A DNA stretch of 63,957 nt, counting the filler, from Octopus bimaculoides (Eukaryota), in assembly GCF_001194135.2 (NCBI RefSeq). It is 3 parts of 3 records of this genome, joined end to end, with 100 filler letters (N's around TTAATTAATTAA, not from the genome) between each part and the next. Parts side by side here need not be neighbours in the genome. Positions count along the whole stretch, not along the records: positions 38,931 to 63,957 come from NC_068999.1; 2 more parts are not named here. One strand, given 5' to 3'. Under the pieces are notes generated by a model, which saw only the letters and a list, made by a program, of their open reading frames with translations, did not search any database and was not told the origin of the DNA. Position numbers and translations under genes: made by a program. Shown here piece after piece: positions 50,701-63,785 of this stretch. How positions within the stretch are numbered: the stretch's first letter is position 1; each line of letters opens with the position of its first letter.

Positions 50701-51315
50701 GCATTACCTAGAAAGGTTATGAGTAGCACGGCAGTCTATGTTTTCGATTAACCTAGGAACGGAAAATCAAATTGAAGGCTGGCTATTGTGAATGTCGTTG
50801 CCCTTTAATAATCATAGAGCATAAGTTTGCAAGCGATGCAAAGCAGAGCTACTGAAGTGTTTTGAGAGTAGATTACAGATAATGACAACAAAATATAGTT
50901 GTTTTACATGAAAGCGAAATCTCTTGTCAGAAACAGCCACATAAATGGTGTAAGGAAATTCTGTGACTTACACTTTGTAGATTTGATTATGAAACTTTCG
51001 GAAACAAATAAATATGCCGAAAAATAGACACTTTTCTACCAAATCCGAAAGATCTATACTTTGAAGGAAAACCACATCAAAGTGCCCGACAGAGACTTAT
51101 GGGTGGAAATATAAATACAGAGACGCCATGCTCAGTCACTCGATAATGTAGCAGGCCAGAAAAAGAAAACAATAAAATAGAAAACTAAGTAACCCTTTAA
51201 ATCACAATTCTGCACAAACGAATATAAGTATTCCATCAAACTGAGTTACAATTCCTGTCTGAGGAGCGCATTGGTATGGAACTGGGAAGCCAAGGGTTTA
51301 GTTCCGATAAACTAT

Positions 51316-51365
<50 letters not shown>

Positions 51366-51620
51366 NNNNNNNNNNNNNNNNNNNNNNNNNNNNNNNNNNN
51401 NNNNNNNNNNNNNNNNNNNNNNNNNNNNNNNNNNNNNNNNNNNNNNNNNNNNNNNNNNNNNNNNNNNNNNNNNNNNNNNNNNNNNNNNNNNNNNNNNNNN
51501 NNNNNNNNNNNNNNNNNNNNNNNNNNNNNNNNNNNNNNNNNNACAAAAAACAAAAGACGAAGACAGGTGGTGTAGACAACAAACAGATGTATTAGTTTAA
51601 CGCGCAGGAAGTGAAAAAGT

Positions 51621-51656
51621 CTTTAACGTTTCGAGCCTACACTCTTCCACAGAAAG
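51621..51656 (-). ncRNA. Minimal hammerhead motif, A6>U variant (same family as 15420-15455)
   Basis: Minus strand: CTTT-CTGTGGA-A-GAGT gtag GCTC-GAAA-CGT-T-AAAG; helix III palindrome ACGT. Confidence 0.55.
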
Positions 51657-51660
51657 GAAC

Positions 51661-51713
<53 letters not shown>

Positions 51714-51794
51714 TGCGTGTGTGTGTGCGTGTGTGTGTGTGTATGCAAGTATATGTGTGTGTGTGTGCGTGTGTATGCAAGTATATGTGTGTGT

Positions 51795-52105
51795 GTGAAG
51801 GATCACTACTCAGTGGTTAGAACGTTGGGCTCACAATCATGAGGTAGTGAGTTCAATTCTCGGACCGGGCTGTGTGTTGTGCTCTATTTTACGTTACTCC
51901 GGTTCACTCAGGTGTAGAAATGAGTTGCGACGTCAGTGGTGCCAAGGTGTATCGGCCTTTGCTTTTCCTTTGGCTAACATCAATGACATGGAGTGTGGAG
52001 GCTGGTATGCATAGGTGACTGCTAGCCTTCCATAAACAACCTTGCCTGGACTTGTGCCTTGGAGGGTAAAGTTCTAGATGCAATGCTATGGTCATTCATG
52101 ACCGA
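51795..52105 (+). mobile_element. tRNA-headed SINE family E (full length; headless copy at ~10335-10565)
   Basis: A box tcagtggttagaac and B box gagttcaattctc, then cactcag..tgtagaaatgagttgcgacgtca shared with 10335-10565. Confidence 0.75.
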
Positions 52106-52866
52106 ACAACAATAACAATAGAAACAACATGTAGAATGGTAACAATAATAGATACAACAACGATAAAGACATCAGCAAGAACATCAGTATCCTCAGTAAC
52201 ATCCTCACCAGCACCAGCACCAGCACCAACAACCACAACCACAACAACAACAGCAACAAGCAATAGCAACAGCAAAAACAATAGCATAAACACAGCACCA
52301 TGAAAAATGCCAACATCTTCGAAACAATCTCTTGTAGCTCGCGCGATCTTGTAGAGATAGCAACCAAATTTCCTTTAAAACTCACGCAACCATATTAACA
52401 ATTAAAGAATGAAATAAAACATTGTAGTTCGAGATGCACAAGGAAAAAAAAACAAACGAAACAAAATAAAAAAAACAAAAGAAGGTAGATCCATAGTTGG
52501 GATAGCTGTTATCATAGGTCAATTCGTTCAGGATTGACCTGGGGTTAAACAACCACATCAACCATAACACTATCGATAACAACATCAGCATCATTAACAA
52601 CTACAACGATTATAAACACAACAACGATGAGAGGAACAACAACAATTATAACAACAACATTAACGTTAAAGAATATGACAACAAAAAGTCATTTAGTAAA
52701 GAAAGAGTAATCATCAAATATGGCCGACCATCTCTCCACAACAGCTCCACCTGGTGCGAGAATAATGTATAAATTGGAACGGCGCCAAATGGATGTGAAA
52801 TATGTTTATTACAGTCTAATGTAGAGGTGTGTGCTGTGGTAGTGGTATGTGTTTGGGCGCGCATGT

Positions 52867-52918
<52 letters not shown>

Positions 52919-54899
52919 GTACGCATATCTGTGTGTGTATATATGTATGTATGCATGTATATACATATATATATATATATGTATGCATGTATATACATAC
53001 ATACACACACACACACGCGCGCGCATATATATGTAAGAAGAGGGGTGGGTGAGTTCAGTATTTAACCGAGTCTCCATGAATGAGGGAAGGTCATAATATG
53101 TTGGCAATCTGGGGTGGAGTGAAGTATGACGGAGATATAGAGAGTAATTTAGTCTGTGAATGTGTTGTGTATGTGTGTATATTTGTGTGTGTGCGAGAGA
53201 GAGAGGGGGGGGTGAGTCGTTAGCAGAAATGCAGTATGTATGCAAGAACAGATATGAGTGTGTTTGTGTTGTTTGTGTGCATGTGTGCATGTGTGTCTGT
53301 GTCTGTGTGTGCAACATATGTGAGTGAAACAAAGCTAATTCCATTAATTGACTTCCAGTGATTGAATCATATTACAACAACAACAATAACAACCACAGCA
53401 ACAATTTCCAACATAGGCACAAAGCCAGAACGTTTTGTTTTTGTGGCGAGTGATCAGTCCATCATATCGACCTAAGTAGATGACTGGTATACTTTATCAA
53501 CTAGATTGGATGAAGAGCAGAGCCGACTTCGGCGGGATCAGAACGTAAAATGACATAACTAAATACTATAAGGTAAATTGTGATTGAGGTTATAATCGAT
53601 TAAATCGAGCTGTGAGTATTACTGCGACTTTATTGCATCGATCTAGGTAGAATGAAAGGCAGAGGTAACTCTAGTGGGATTTGAACTCAGTGTGTTGCTG
53701 AATATTGTCAGGAATGTTTTCCAGCACTCTGTTATCTGTGCTACTTCGTCAATAACGTTATCTACTTTAAGTATTATGGCCACAAATCTTGGAAGATAAG
53801 CTGAGAATATTATATCGACTACAGTACTTAACTGGTAGTTTAATTTAGCAGCCTTCAAAGGATAAAATACTACGTCAAACCTGGCGGGATTTGAACTCGG
53901 AATGCAAAAGAACGTAATTAAAACAAAAACAAAAAACCGGTCGTATGTCATACTGGTGGTGCCGTTAAAAATAATGGTTTCAAATTTTGGCACAAGGCCA
54001 GCGGTTTTAGGGGAGGGGTAAGTCGATTACATTGACCTCAGTTCTCTACTAGAGCTTACCATATATTAACGCCGAAAAGGCTGAAGGCGAAGTCGACCTC
54101 GGCAGAATTTGAACTCAGAACGTGAAGACGGACGAAATGCCACAAATCATTTTGTCAAGTGTGCTAACGATTTTGCCAGCTCGCTACCTTAAACAATAAT
54201 AACAATGCTTTCAAATTTTGCTACAAGAGCAGCAATTTTGGGGGAAGGGATGAGCCGATTACATCGACCCCAGTGTTCAACTGGTACTTATTTTATCAAC
54301 CCCGAAAAGATGAAAGACAAAGTCGACCTCGGTGGAGTTTAAACTCAGAAATGCCACTAAGCATTTTGTCCAACGTGCTGACAATTCTGCCAGTTCACTG
54401 TCTTAATAATGATGATAATAATAATGCTAATTCTACTACTATAGATATGGGGTCTGAAATATTGGGCGAGATGGCAAATCGATTACAAGGACTCCAGTAC
54501 TCAACTGGTAATTATTTTATCGACCCGAAAGAATGAAAGCCGATCCCGGTGGAATTTGAACTCAAAATATAAAAGCCGGAAGAAATGCTGCAAATAACAA
54601 TTTGTTCTTTATAAGCCACAATATTCGTTCATACGTGCAGTAGACATGTTGGTTACAAAATATGTGGGGATGGACATGACACAGTTAGATAATGACGATG
54701 GAGGGGCGTTACATAAAGCGAATATTAAAATAAATAAATACAGAACAAGTATGAACTTGTATGGAAGACATTCAATAATTTTAACAAGATATAATATTAA
54801 AGTAAAAACATGAACCACATTTAGAGTTACTCATCCATGCAATGTCGTCGGATGTTCTGGTGCAACCTAGCAGATGGGTGAGATTCTTATAACTAGATT

Positions 54900-55700
54900 G
54901 GGTTTGAACACGCCACTACAGTGACCACCGGTCTCTTTTTGAAGCTGCTATTCTTGAAAGTGCCTGCGACCACCTTCAATGTGAAACTGAGCATGAAATT
55001 CTCTCGGCTCAGCATAAAATTACGAAATAGCAGATTATGGACAACTCTTGTAATATTTCAGGTAGTTTATCATTTGGGTGCTTTACAGAATCAGTTCTTT
55101 TTAATCAACGCATGACAACTATCTTGTTTCTCCTTAAAGCGGAGAAGATAGTGACCGCATATTTATTGTTCATCTTGTTTTGGGATGTAATATAATGTTT
55201 TTTAAGTTTCCGATTCTTTTTTTCGTTTTTGATTTCCTGCTGTTTTTGCTGTCTGCCATTCCTGTTCGATTTCCATCTTTTCTTCATTATCAGAAGAGGA
55301 TGCTGGGGCGCTACTAGTTATGGTGAGGAAAAGGTGTCTTTCGGTCTCTTAGTCGTAACCGAGGATAGGCAATCTCCTTTCTAAGCCGTAGCCGATGGAA
55401 CTCTTGAAATGTCGATGTCCGCGTACGGCAATTGCTGTTGTATTTTTCTGTTATCTTTTTTCTCCTATCACTTGTATGCAGAAAACCCTTTAATGGTCTT
55501 TACTTCAACATGTGTAGCAACTGGGTTTTCTGATGTGAACGACCAGGCGTAAAACTTTACTTTGTGCAACCACTACAGGGTAGAACACCGTGATCGTTTT
55601 TGGGTTATGAAATCCAAAAGATTGTACTGACAAGTACTGCCCACATCGTTAGAAAAACCCTATCAATTTAAATGTCTGAGTTGTATTACATGAAAATATT
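54900..55700 (-). mobile_element. Decayed gag-like LINE ORF1 fragment with CCHC knuckle
   Basis: Minus strand RKPSCYTC*SKDH*RVFC fits CX2CX4HX4C; downstream EWQTAK..QKRKK; many stops. Confidence 0.55.
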
Positions 55701-55840
55701 TCGCTACTGTTTCTGCTACTTCGTTAGAAGTGGGAACACTTACATCTATTAGTCTACAAGTATTTTCTTCCCTCTCTTTATTATTATTATTATGTTGTTA
55801 TTTTTCTTCTTTCTTTAAATTTTCTTCCATTTCTCGCCGA

Positions 55841-55894
<54 letters not shown>

Positions 55895-56059
55895 TAGTTT
55901 TATTTTTATAACNNNNNNNNNNNNNNNNNNNNNNNNNNNNNNNNNNNNNNNNNNNNNNNNNNNNNNNNNNNNNNNNNNNNNNNNNNNNNNNNNNNNNNNN
56001 NNNNNNNNNNNNNNNNNNNNNNNNNNNNNNNNNNNNNNNNNNNNNNNNNNNNNNNNNTG

Positions 56060-56419
56060 CTGTGGTGCTCTTATGTTTACTGTATTGAAAGTGTTTTGCG
56101 TAGAATGTGTGCAGTACCCAGTAGTGCAATTTTCTGTATGTTATATATATTTGTAAGTCCTGCTATTTTTGTTATGTATTTGTCTGAATATTTTTTTATT
56201 ATACCTAAGGCACCTACTATGATAGGAATTGTTTCTGTTTTTAGATTCCACATTCGAGTTATCTCTATTTCCAGGTCTTTGTATTTTGAAAGTTTTTCCA
56301 TTTCTTTTAGAGAAACGTTGTCATCTGCTGGTATTGATACATCAATTAGAAAGCATTTTTTTTCTTCATGATCTTTGACAACTATATCTGGTCTATTTGC
56401 CTTAATTTCTCTATCTGTG

Positions 56420-56425
<6 letters not shown>
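56060..56425 (-). mobile_element. 3' end of an R4/Dong-like LINE
   Basis: RPDIVVKDHEEKKCFLIDVSIP..EKLSKYKDLEIEI..PIIVGALG..QKIALLGTAHILRKTL*. Confidence 0.88.
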
Positions 56426-56455
<30 letters not shown>

Positions 56456-57266
56456 GTTGATGATGATGCACCTGGTTGTACAACTGATGACAGAATAATG
56501 TCAAACTATTTGAACACCAGTGGGAACGATGGCCTTTGAAAATACGGCTATTACTGACCACAGTATAAAAAAACTCTCGTAGGTGTTATTTAAGAAAAAA
56601 CCGAACTGACAATTTCGACGTCAGTATGGGTAAATGTGGTGCAGCTGAAATATATCAACCATTAGGTTAATGACTGCTGAATGAACAGAAAGATATTTTG
56701 ATAGCATTACGATGAATCTTTATATACATAACCTGTTTTCTCCAGCAAGTGACTATATGGAAGTGTTACTGCTGTCTTTTCCCACTTGCACTGCCATAAT
56801 TTTCAAAGATGTATATATACATATATATATATATATATTAAATAATGAAGACAGCTATAAGCACTATAAACCCAAAAAGGAAAAATTCAATTGTTACTAA
56901 CTGTGGAGTAGGGTGTGGGTTTGCGCATATAATTCTAGCAATATAGGTACTACCCCGCACCCTTCATCACAATTAGTGACGATTGAGTTTTTTCTTTTAG
57001 GCTTTATATATATATGTGTGTATGTGTGTGTGTGTGTTTGTGAGTGCGTCTGTGCGTGTGTGTGTAGACACGCCAACTGGCCGGAGACCAAGAGGTAAAC
57101 GAAGAGTGAGATGGCTAGATAATAACCATAATATCATTTGGTCAAACTTGGGAATCCAGTAGAAAAGCGTAATGACGGCTGCTTTTCATAGGATTCTAAG
57201 GGGGTTATGCCTAAGGACGTTCCTTCCATGTTACTCCCAGGAATAGTGGGCAGCGAAAAAGAGTGA

Positions 57267-57307
<41 letters not shown>

Positions 57308-58058
57308 AGTATATTGCCACTTAAATGTGGCTGANNNNNNNNNNNNNNNNNNNNNNNNNNNNNNNNNNNNNNNNNNNNNNNNNNNNNNNNNNNNNNNNNN
57401 NNNNNNNNNNNNNNNNNNNNNNNNNNNNNNNNNNNNNNNNNNNNNNNNNNNNNNNNNNNNNNNNNNNNNNNNNNNNNNNNNNNNNNNNNNNNNNNNNNNN
57501 NNNNNNNNNNNNNNNNNNNNNNNNNNNNNNNNNNNNNNNNNNNNNNNNNNNNNNNNNNNNNNNNNNNNNNNNNNNNNNNNNNNNNNNNNNNNNNNNNNNN
57601 NNNNNNNNNNNNNNNNNNNNNNNNNNNNNNNNNNNNNNNNNNNNNNNNNNNNNNNNNNNNNNNNNNNNNNNNNNNNNNNNNNNNNNNNNNNNNNNNNNNN
57701 NNNNNNNNNNNNNNNNNNNNNNNNNNNNNNNNNNNNNNNNNNNNNNNNNNNNNNNNNNNNNNNNNNNNNNNNNNNNNNNNNNNNNNNNNNNNNNNNNNNN
57801 NNNNNNNNNNNNNNNNNNNNNNNNNNNNNNNNNNNNNNNNNNNNNNNNNNNNNNNNNNNNNNNNNNNNNNNNNNNNNNNNNNNNNNNNNNNNNNNNNNNN
57901 NNNNNNNNNNNNNNNNNNNNNNNNNNNNNNNNNNNNNNNNNNNNNNNNNNNNNNNNNNNNNNNNNNNNNNNNNNNNNNNNNNNNNNNNNNNNNNNNNNNN
58001 NNNNNNNNNNNNNNNNNNNNNNNNNNNNNNNNNNNNNNNNNNNNNNNNNNNNNNNNNN

Positions 58059-58089
<31 letters not shown>

Positions 58090-59189
58090 TGCATACACAT
58101 GCACACACACACAGAGGCGCACACAAGCAAACACACTTACATACAATTCCCTGCATGTATGCTATTTATTCACACGAGATATTCTTACAACACTGATAGA
58201 AGAAACAACGGCAGTTTCATTGATGAAATTTCACTGAGTTGAATTTTTGGTTGGGTTGTTGTACCCTGTGAGCATATAACACTTCAATCCACACGACACA
58301 CTCATCACTGTTGTAATCCCTTATTAAAGGCAACAGTGTCAATATCAATATGCTCTCTATGATGTAATACTGTTACATTGCACGCACATACGTCATGCCA
58401 TGAAGAAGCAGTAAGCTACAGCTTGACTAAAATGAGAAGCCGTCATCTGAAATACACGTATGTATGTGTGCGTGTGGGTATCTGTGAGTGATGACGATAT
58501 TTCATTGGTGGAAGATAATATAGGAATAAGGCGTGGGGGTGGAGGTATAAGCTCACCAAGGGTCCATGGTGCCGGAACAGCTATGACATTTCCGGTTTCC
58601 CTTCTTGGTATTTCATTTCAATTATGACACAATACTAATACTTTTGGAATGGTATGAACACCTCTGAATCACAAATTGTTTTTGTTTTTCATTCTCTAAA
58701 TATGAAGCTGTGTACAAAACGAAGACATTATTGCTGCAGTAGTCATTAATGGCGGCGGATTAGTTGAATCAATAAAAAGGCGGGAAGAACAGTGTTGGTT
58801 TGACAGAATCAATAGAATCAGAGATTAAATGATGATATATTGATTTTAAATTTTGGCACAAGACCAACAATTCCAGGGGAGGGGTGAGTCGATTACATCG
58901 ATCCCAATGGTACTCATTTAATCAACCCTAGAAGGATAAAAGACACAGTCGACCTCGGCAGAATTTGAACTCTTAGCATTTCTCTTTTAAATGATGATAT
59001 ATTGGAAGAATCTTTAAAGCGTCGGTCAAAATATCTGGCAGTATTTAGCTAAGTCACTATACATTTTGAGTTCAAATCTCGTCCATGCTGGGTTTGTCTT
59101 TCATCCCTCTAGAAACAGTAAAATTTTTATCGGTTAAATAATGGATTTCATTTTTGATGGATTGTCGCCCCTTAACTGCGTGGCTTTGT

Positions 59190-59980
59190 AATAAGAAAGA
59201 TATTGGAAATCAATATTAAACTGGTTCGCGTCTCATTGACGGGGCTACGGTCCTGGATCAAGTGTAGACCAAAAAAGGGCGCTTGGCAACTGGAGTGTCG
59301 GCAAGCAATAACAGCTTTCTGCCAGTCGGGCAATATAGTCGGTGGAAGTTTCACAGTGGAGTTCTATAGGGGATCAGTGGCGGGCAATATCGATGACACC
59401 TTCGGGAAACTCTGGACATCAGAAGAGATCAATTGACTGGTTTTTTCCGAAGGGCTTTCAGGCCAGGGCCTATCAATAACTTCCAGTGCAACTGGAGAGC
59501 TCTGCCGATTCGAGAAAAGCTCTACAGTCACGGAAGTGCTGTCAGACGGACCAGTCCGAGATGTGCGACTAAACCGTCCTGCATACATTCGTCCAGTGTC
59601 CGGGAATTACCGACTTGTGGAGCTTTGTAGAAAGTTGTTGACGCGTGTAATACGGATCCGGTTATCAGCCGAGTCCATCGTGAAGATCGCACCCCCGCCC
59701 GCCTTCTGTTGGCCGGAAAAGAAAGGCAGTTCTCCTCTGCCTGGTGGCTGTGTGGTGGACGAAGCTGAAATGATTAAAGACAAATACTTTCCTCTTCGGT
59801 CAAGACCTCATCGACTATTTCGAGTTTCATTTGAAAAGGAAAGTGAGGGTTGAGAGGGAAGAACTGCCGCGCCAGTATTTTTGTTGAAAGGTGGGTGAAT
59901 GTGGCGAAGTTGGCCCGTATGAATGGGCATGCTCTGAATATTCGCTTGTATACTGGAGAAGTTGTGACAGAGAGGCACCG
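59190..59980 (+). mobile_element. Second decayed L1/Tx1-like LINE 3' end
   Basis: VEFYRG, IRLSAESIVKIAPP; collinear with 31311-32225. Confidence 0.7.
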
Positions 59981-60078
59981 GTTGTCAAGCGATGAGGGGC
60001 GATAAACACAGACACATAAATTTATACACACACACACACATGTATGTATGTATGTATGTATGTATGTATGTATATCAA

Positions 60079-60129
<51 letters not shown>

Positions 60130-62336
60130 ATACTACATATGTGGGAAATTCTGTCTGTTGGTGTGTTTGTGGAGTTGTTAGCTAACTCCTCCTACATCGT
60201 TTTATCGATTTTGATGAAACGACACGTGAGTAGAACTTATATCTGGAAACCTCATGGCATACTCAGATTGTTGAAAAAAAAATCGATAATAGGGCCCCTG
60301 GAAGGGATCCTTATATATATCTAATATATTTCATTTTAACAGCCAAGGGAAATAACCCATTCATTTTCCTAAATCATTTAGTATAAATAAAATTGAGTAT
60401 TTGATCTGTTAGAGTTATTTTTGCAATTTAACCCTTAAACAAGGAAATAATATTTTCCTAAACAATAGATCCACTTATTTTAGTTAGTGACTTATTCTCG
60501 AATATACCAACACTAGCGCCGCTGAGGGTAATATTCTCTGGGAACACACAAAATCCCTTTTCAGAGTTATTTAGTTTAAATTGTTATTATCTCATATTTG
60601 ATTAGCCTGTTATTACGTAACCAGCTTCATGATTTTGGTATACATACCTTATTAGTATTTTCTCCTAAGTTCTATATACTCTGGGAACACATTAAAGCCC
60701 GTTTCGGGGCTACTTTATTTGAATTATTACTATTGGGTAACTCATTTCATGTTATTACATAACTGATTTCACAACTTGGGTATTCATAACTTATTTGGAA
60801 TTCCTAAAAACATGATCCTGTGTAAGAAAGTTCACTGATCTCTGTAAATGCACAAAAACCGTTTTAAGGGCTACATACTTTGTATTGTTATTATTGGATT
60901 AGCGAAACAATTATGAGAACGGAACCAAGGGATAAGCCCCACTTTCCCGGGAATTACCGGGCACGTCAGCTAGTATACATACATACATACNNNNNNNNNN
61001 NNNNNNNNNNNNNNNNNNNNNNNNNNNNNNNNNNNNNNNNNNNNNNNNNNNNNNNNNNNNNNNNNNNNNNNNNNNNNNNNNNNNNNNNNNNNNNNNNNNN
61101 NNNNNNNNNNNNNNNATATATATATATATATACATATATATATATTTGTGTATCTATTTGTCTTTTCAGTCTCGCTTGACAACCGATGTTGGTTCGGCAA
61201 AAGAGATCGATAGAATAATTACTAGGCTTGCAAAGAATAAGTCATGGGTCGAGTTGTTCGACTAAAGGTGGTGCTCCAGCATGGCTGCAGTCAAATGACT
61301 GAAACAAAAGAATATGACGGGCTTCTTTCAGTTTCCGTCTACCAAATCTGCTCATAAGGCTTTGGTCGGCCCGAGGCTATAATAGAAGACACTTGCCCAA
61401 TGTGCCACGCTGTGAAACCGAACTCTGAACCATGTGGTTGATAAGCAAGCTTCTTATCACACACCCACGCCTGCACTTATTAACGAAAAACTCTACGATA
61501 TCTATATCTATGCAAATGCATCCATGCAGAAATGGAACAGTCTGCAAATATTTTATCCCTCGAAAAAATATAGAGAGGTGGATTCAAAAAGTTCTTTGAT
61601 TGCTTGAATTAATCAACATGACAAATTATAGAATCACGTGAAAAAATAATGGAATTTATTTCCAAATGATTATATCAAATATCAAAAGGTTTGTATTCAA
61701 CAGTATAGCATGTTATATTGCACACGGGGAGATATAACATGTCAACAGTATTATTGTATGTTTTATCACACAGGGATGTAACAGTATAGTGTTTTATATA
61801 TTATATATAGTTAGGGGTGGGATTAAGGAGGAAATAGGACATTGTCAATAGCCTGCTGTGTTGTAGCCCATTGGAAGGCAAACAGTTGTTGTGAACCAGT
61901 ACAGATAACTGTACATGTGACCATCACACCCTCCCTCTTTTTTGTACGTGTATGTGTGTGTGTGAATGTGTGTTAGGTGATGACGTGTGTGCGTGAATGC
62001 GTGCTGGTGATGATGGTGTTTGATGATAATACTACTATTGTTGTTAGGGCGGTGAGCTGGCAGAATCGTTAGCGCGCCGGGCAAAATGCTTAGCGGCATT
62101 TCGTCAGTCTTTACGTTGAGAGTGCAAATTCCGCCTTTCATCCTTTCGGGGTCGTTGAAACAATTACCAGTGGCACACTGAGGGTCGATGTTTGTGGTCT
62201 TGTGCCAAAATTTAAAATCATTATATTAGAAGGTTTGTTCAGGATTGCGAGGCGGCAGAATTGTTAGCACACCGGACAAAATGCTTAGCGGCATTCCACA
62301 TATACACACTCGCACATACATACATACATACATACA

Positions 62337-62428
<92 letters not shown>

Positions 62429-62589
62429 TACACACACACGCATCTGTGTGCGCGTGCGTAAATAGTTTTTAAAGTTGATAGCTTTTCTGTTTACGTTTCT
62501 CGCCAGAATGGGCTCTCATCAGTTGGACTTTGAACGAAGAAATATCTTCCCTACTAAGGGAATTATCTTTGCTATATATAAAGTCCTGT

Positions 62590-63030
62590 TTTGTTGTAGA
62601 GGTCAGCTGCCCAGCGAATGTGAGTGTACTGTTCAAAAGTTCAAGAAAAAGAGAATATTTATGGTGAATTAACGCGGAATTTACAGATATTGTACCCTGT
62701 GTATAAATTCTCATTTGTACCTGTCATCATAGGTGCATTAAGCTATGTAGCTACGAATTTACACAATTTCCTAAAATTATTAGGTTTTTCGAAGAGAGAG
62801 CAAAAGAAACTGACAGATTCTCTGAATCCAGTCTATCACTGGCACAGTGAAGAATTGTAAGACATTCCAAAATTTCTCTATCTGAATAGATGCACAAACG
62901 TGTATGGATGCATCGACAGATCAACCAACACACCAACTAAACCACATAATTACAAACACCGGGAGCTCTCTTAACTCAAAACTGCTGTCGCTTTGTAAGC
63001 GACCGGCTTGAACTGACACCAAATAATAAA
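62590..63030 (+). mobile_element. 3' end of an R4/Dong-like LINE with 3' stem-loop
   Basis: ENIYGELTRNLQILYP..VPVIIGALSYV; hairpin gtcgct-ttgta-agcgac near 62987-63003. Confidence 0.8.
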
Positions 63031-63154
63031 TATTTAAGTGAAGTTAAAAGTTTTGGGTACGTCTGGCTGATCTGTGTCTTATACGCTGTAAGTGTTTTAG
63101 TTCAGAATACGATCAAATGCAACAAATCAAGTACATATTCAATATATATTCTTT

Positions 63155-63359
63155 TATTCTTTTACTTTTTTACTCGTTCCAGTGACTTTGACTGTGGCCA
63201 TGCTCGAGCACAACCTTTTATCGACCCCTGGACTTATTCTTTGTAAGCCTGGTACTTATACTATCGGTTTCTTCTGTCGAATCGCTAAGCTACGGGGACG
63301 TAGACACACCAACATTGGTTGTCAAGTGATGGTGGGGGACAAACACAGACACAAACATG

Positions 63360-63360
<1 letters not shown>
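63155..63360. mobile_element. Short interspersed repeat family D
   Basis: ttttactcg..gactgtggccatgct..ggacttattctttgtaagcct..ggttgtcaagtgatg. Copies at about 548-760, 15060-15270 (opposite), 40040-40215, 61150-61310. Confidence 0.7.
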
Positions 63361-63403
<43 letters not shown>

Positions 63404-63549
63404 CATATACACATATACACATATACACATAGTCGTGCTTTAAATAGACTCCTAAAACAATTACACATTAAACATTAGTAAGAACACAATACCCATGTAA
63501 TCCTAAAGTCCACCTTTTTCTTTATTAAGTTCTTATTTTTTCTTATCAT

Positions 63550-63627
63550 GCTACTGATGAGTACTCTTTGACGACTCAGATTCTTAAAACGAATTTATTG
63601 TCTTTCTATACGAAAGGATCGTCTAGC
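63550..63627 (+). ncRNA. Type I hammerhead ribozyme with long helix II, one helix III mismatch
   Basis: GCTA-CTGATGA-GTA..TAC-GAAA-GGATCGT-C-TAGC. Helix I GCTA/TAGC, GUC triplet; helix III is one base from the palindrome ACGATCGT. Confidence 0.7.
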
Positions 63628-63748
63628 GAATTGAATAAATATTTTATCCTATCTAATCTCCTCCATTTATGAAAAATATGATTGAATTTGTTCTATAACT
63701 TAAATCATATGCTTAATACATACATACTTACATACGTACATACACACA

Positions 63749-63785
<37 letters not shown>

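Noticed and set aside
56478-56512. CTGATGA-CA..TGTC-AAAC, hammerhead-like
   Set aside because: Lacks G12, helix II overlaps the core and there is no valid helix III; at best a distant fossil.
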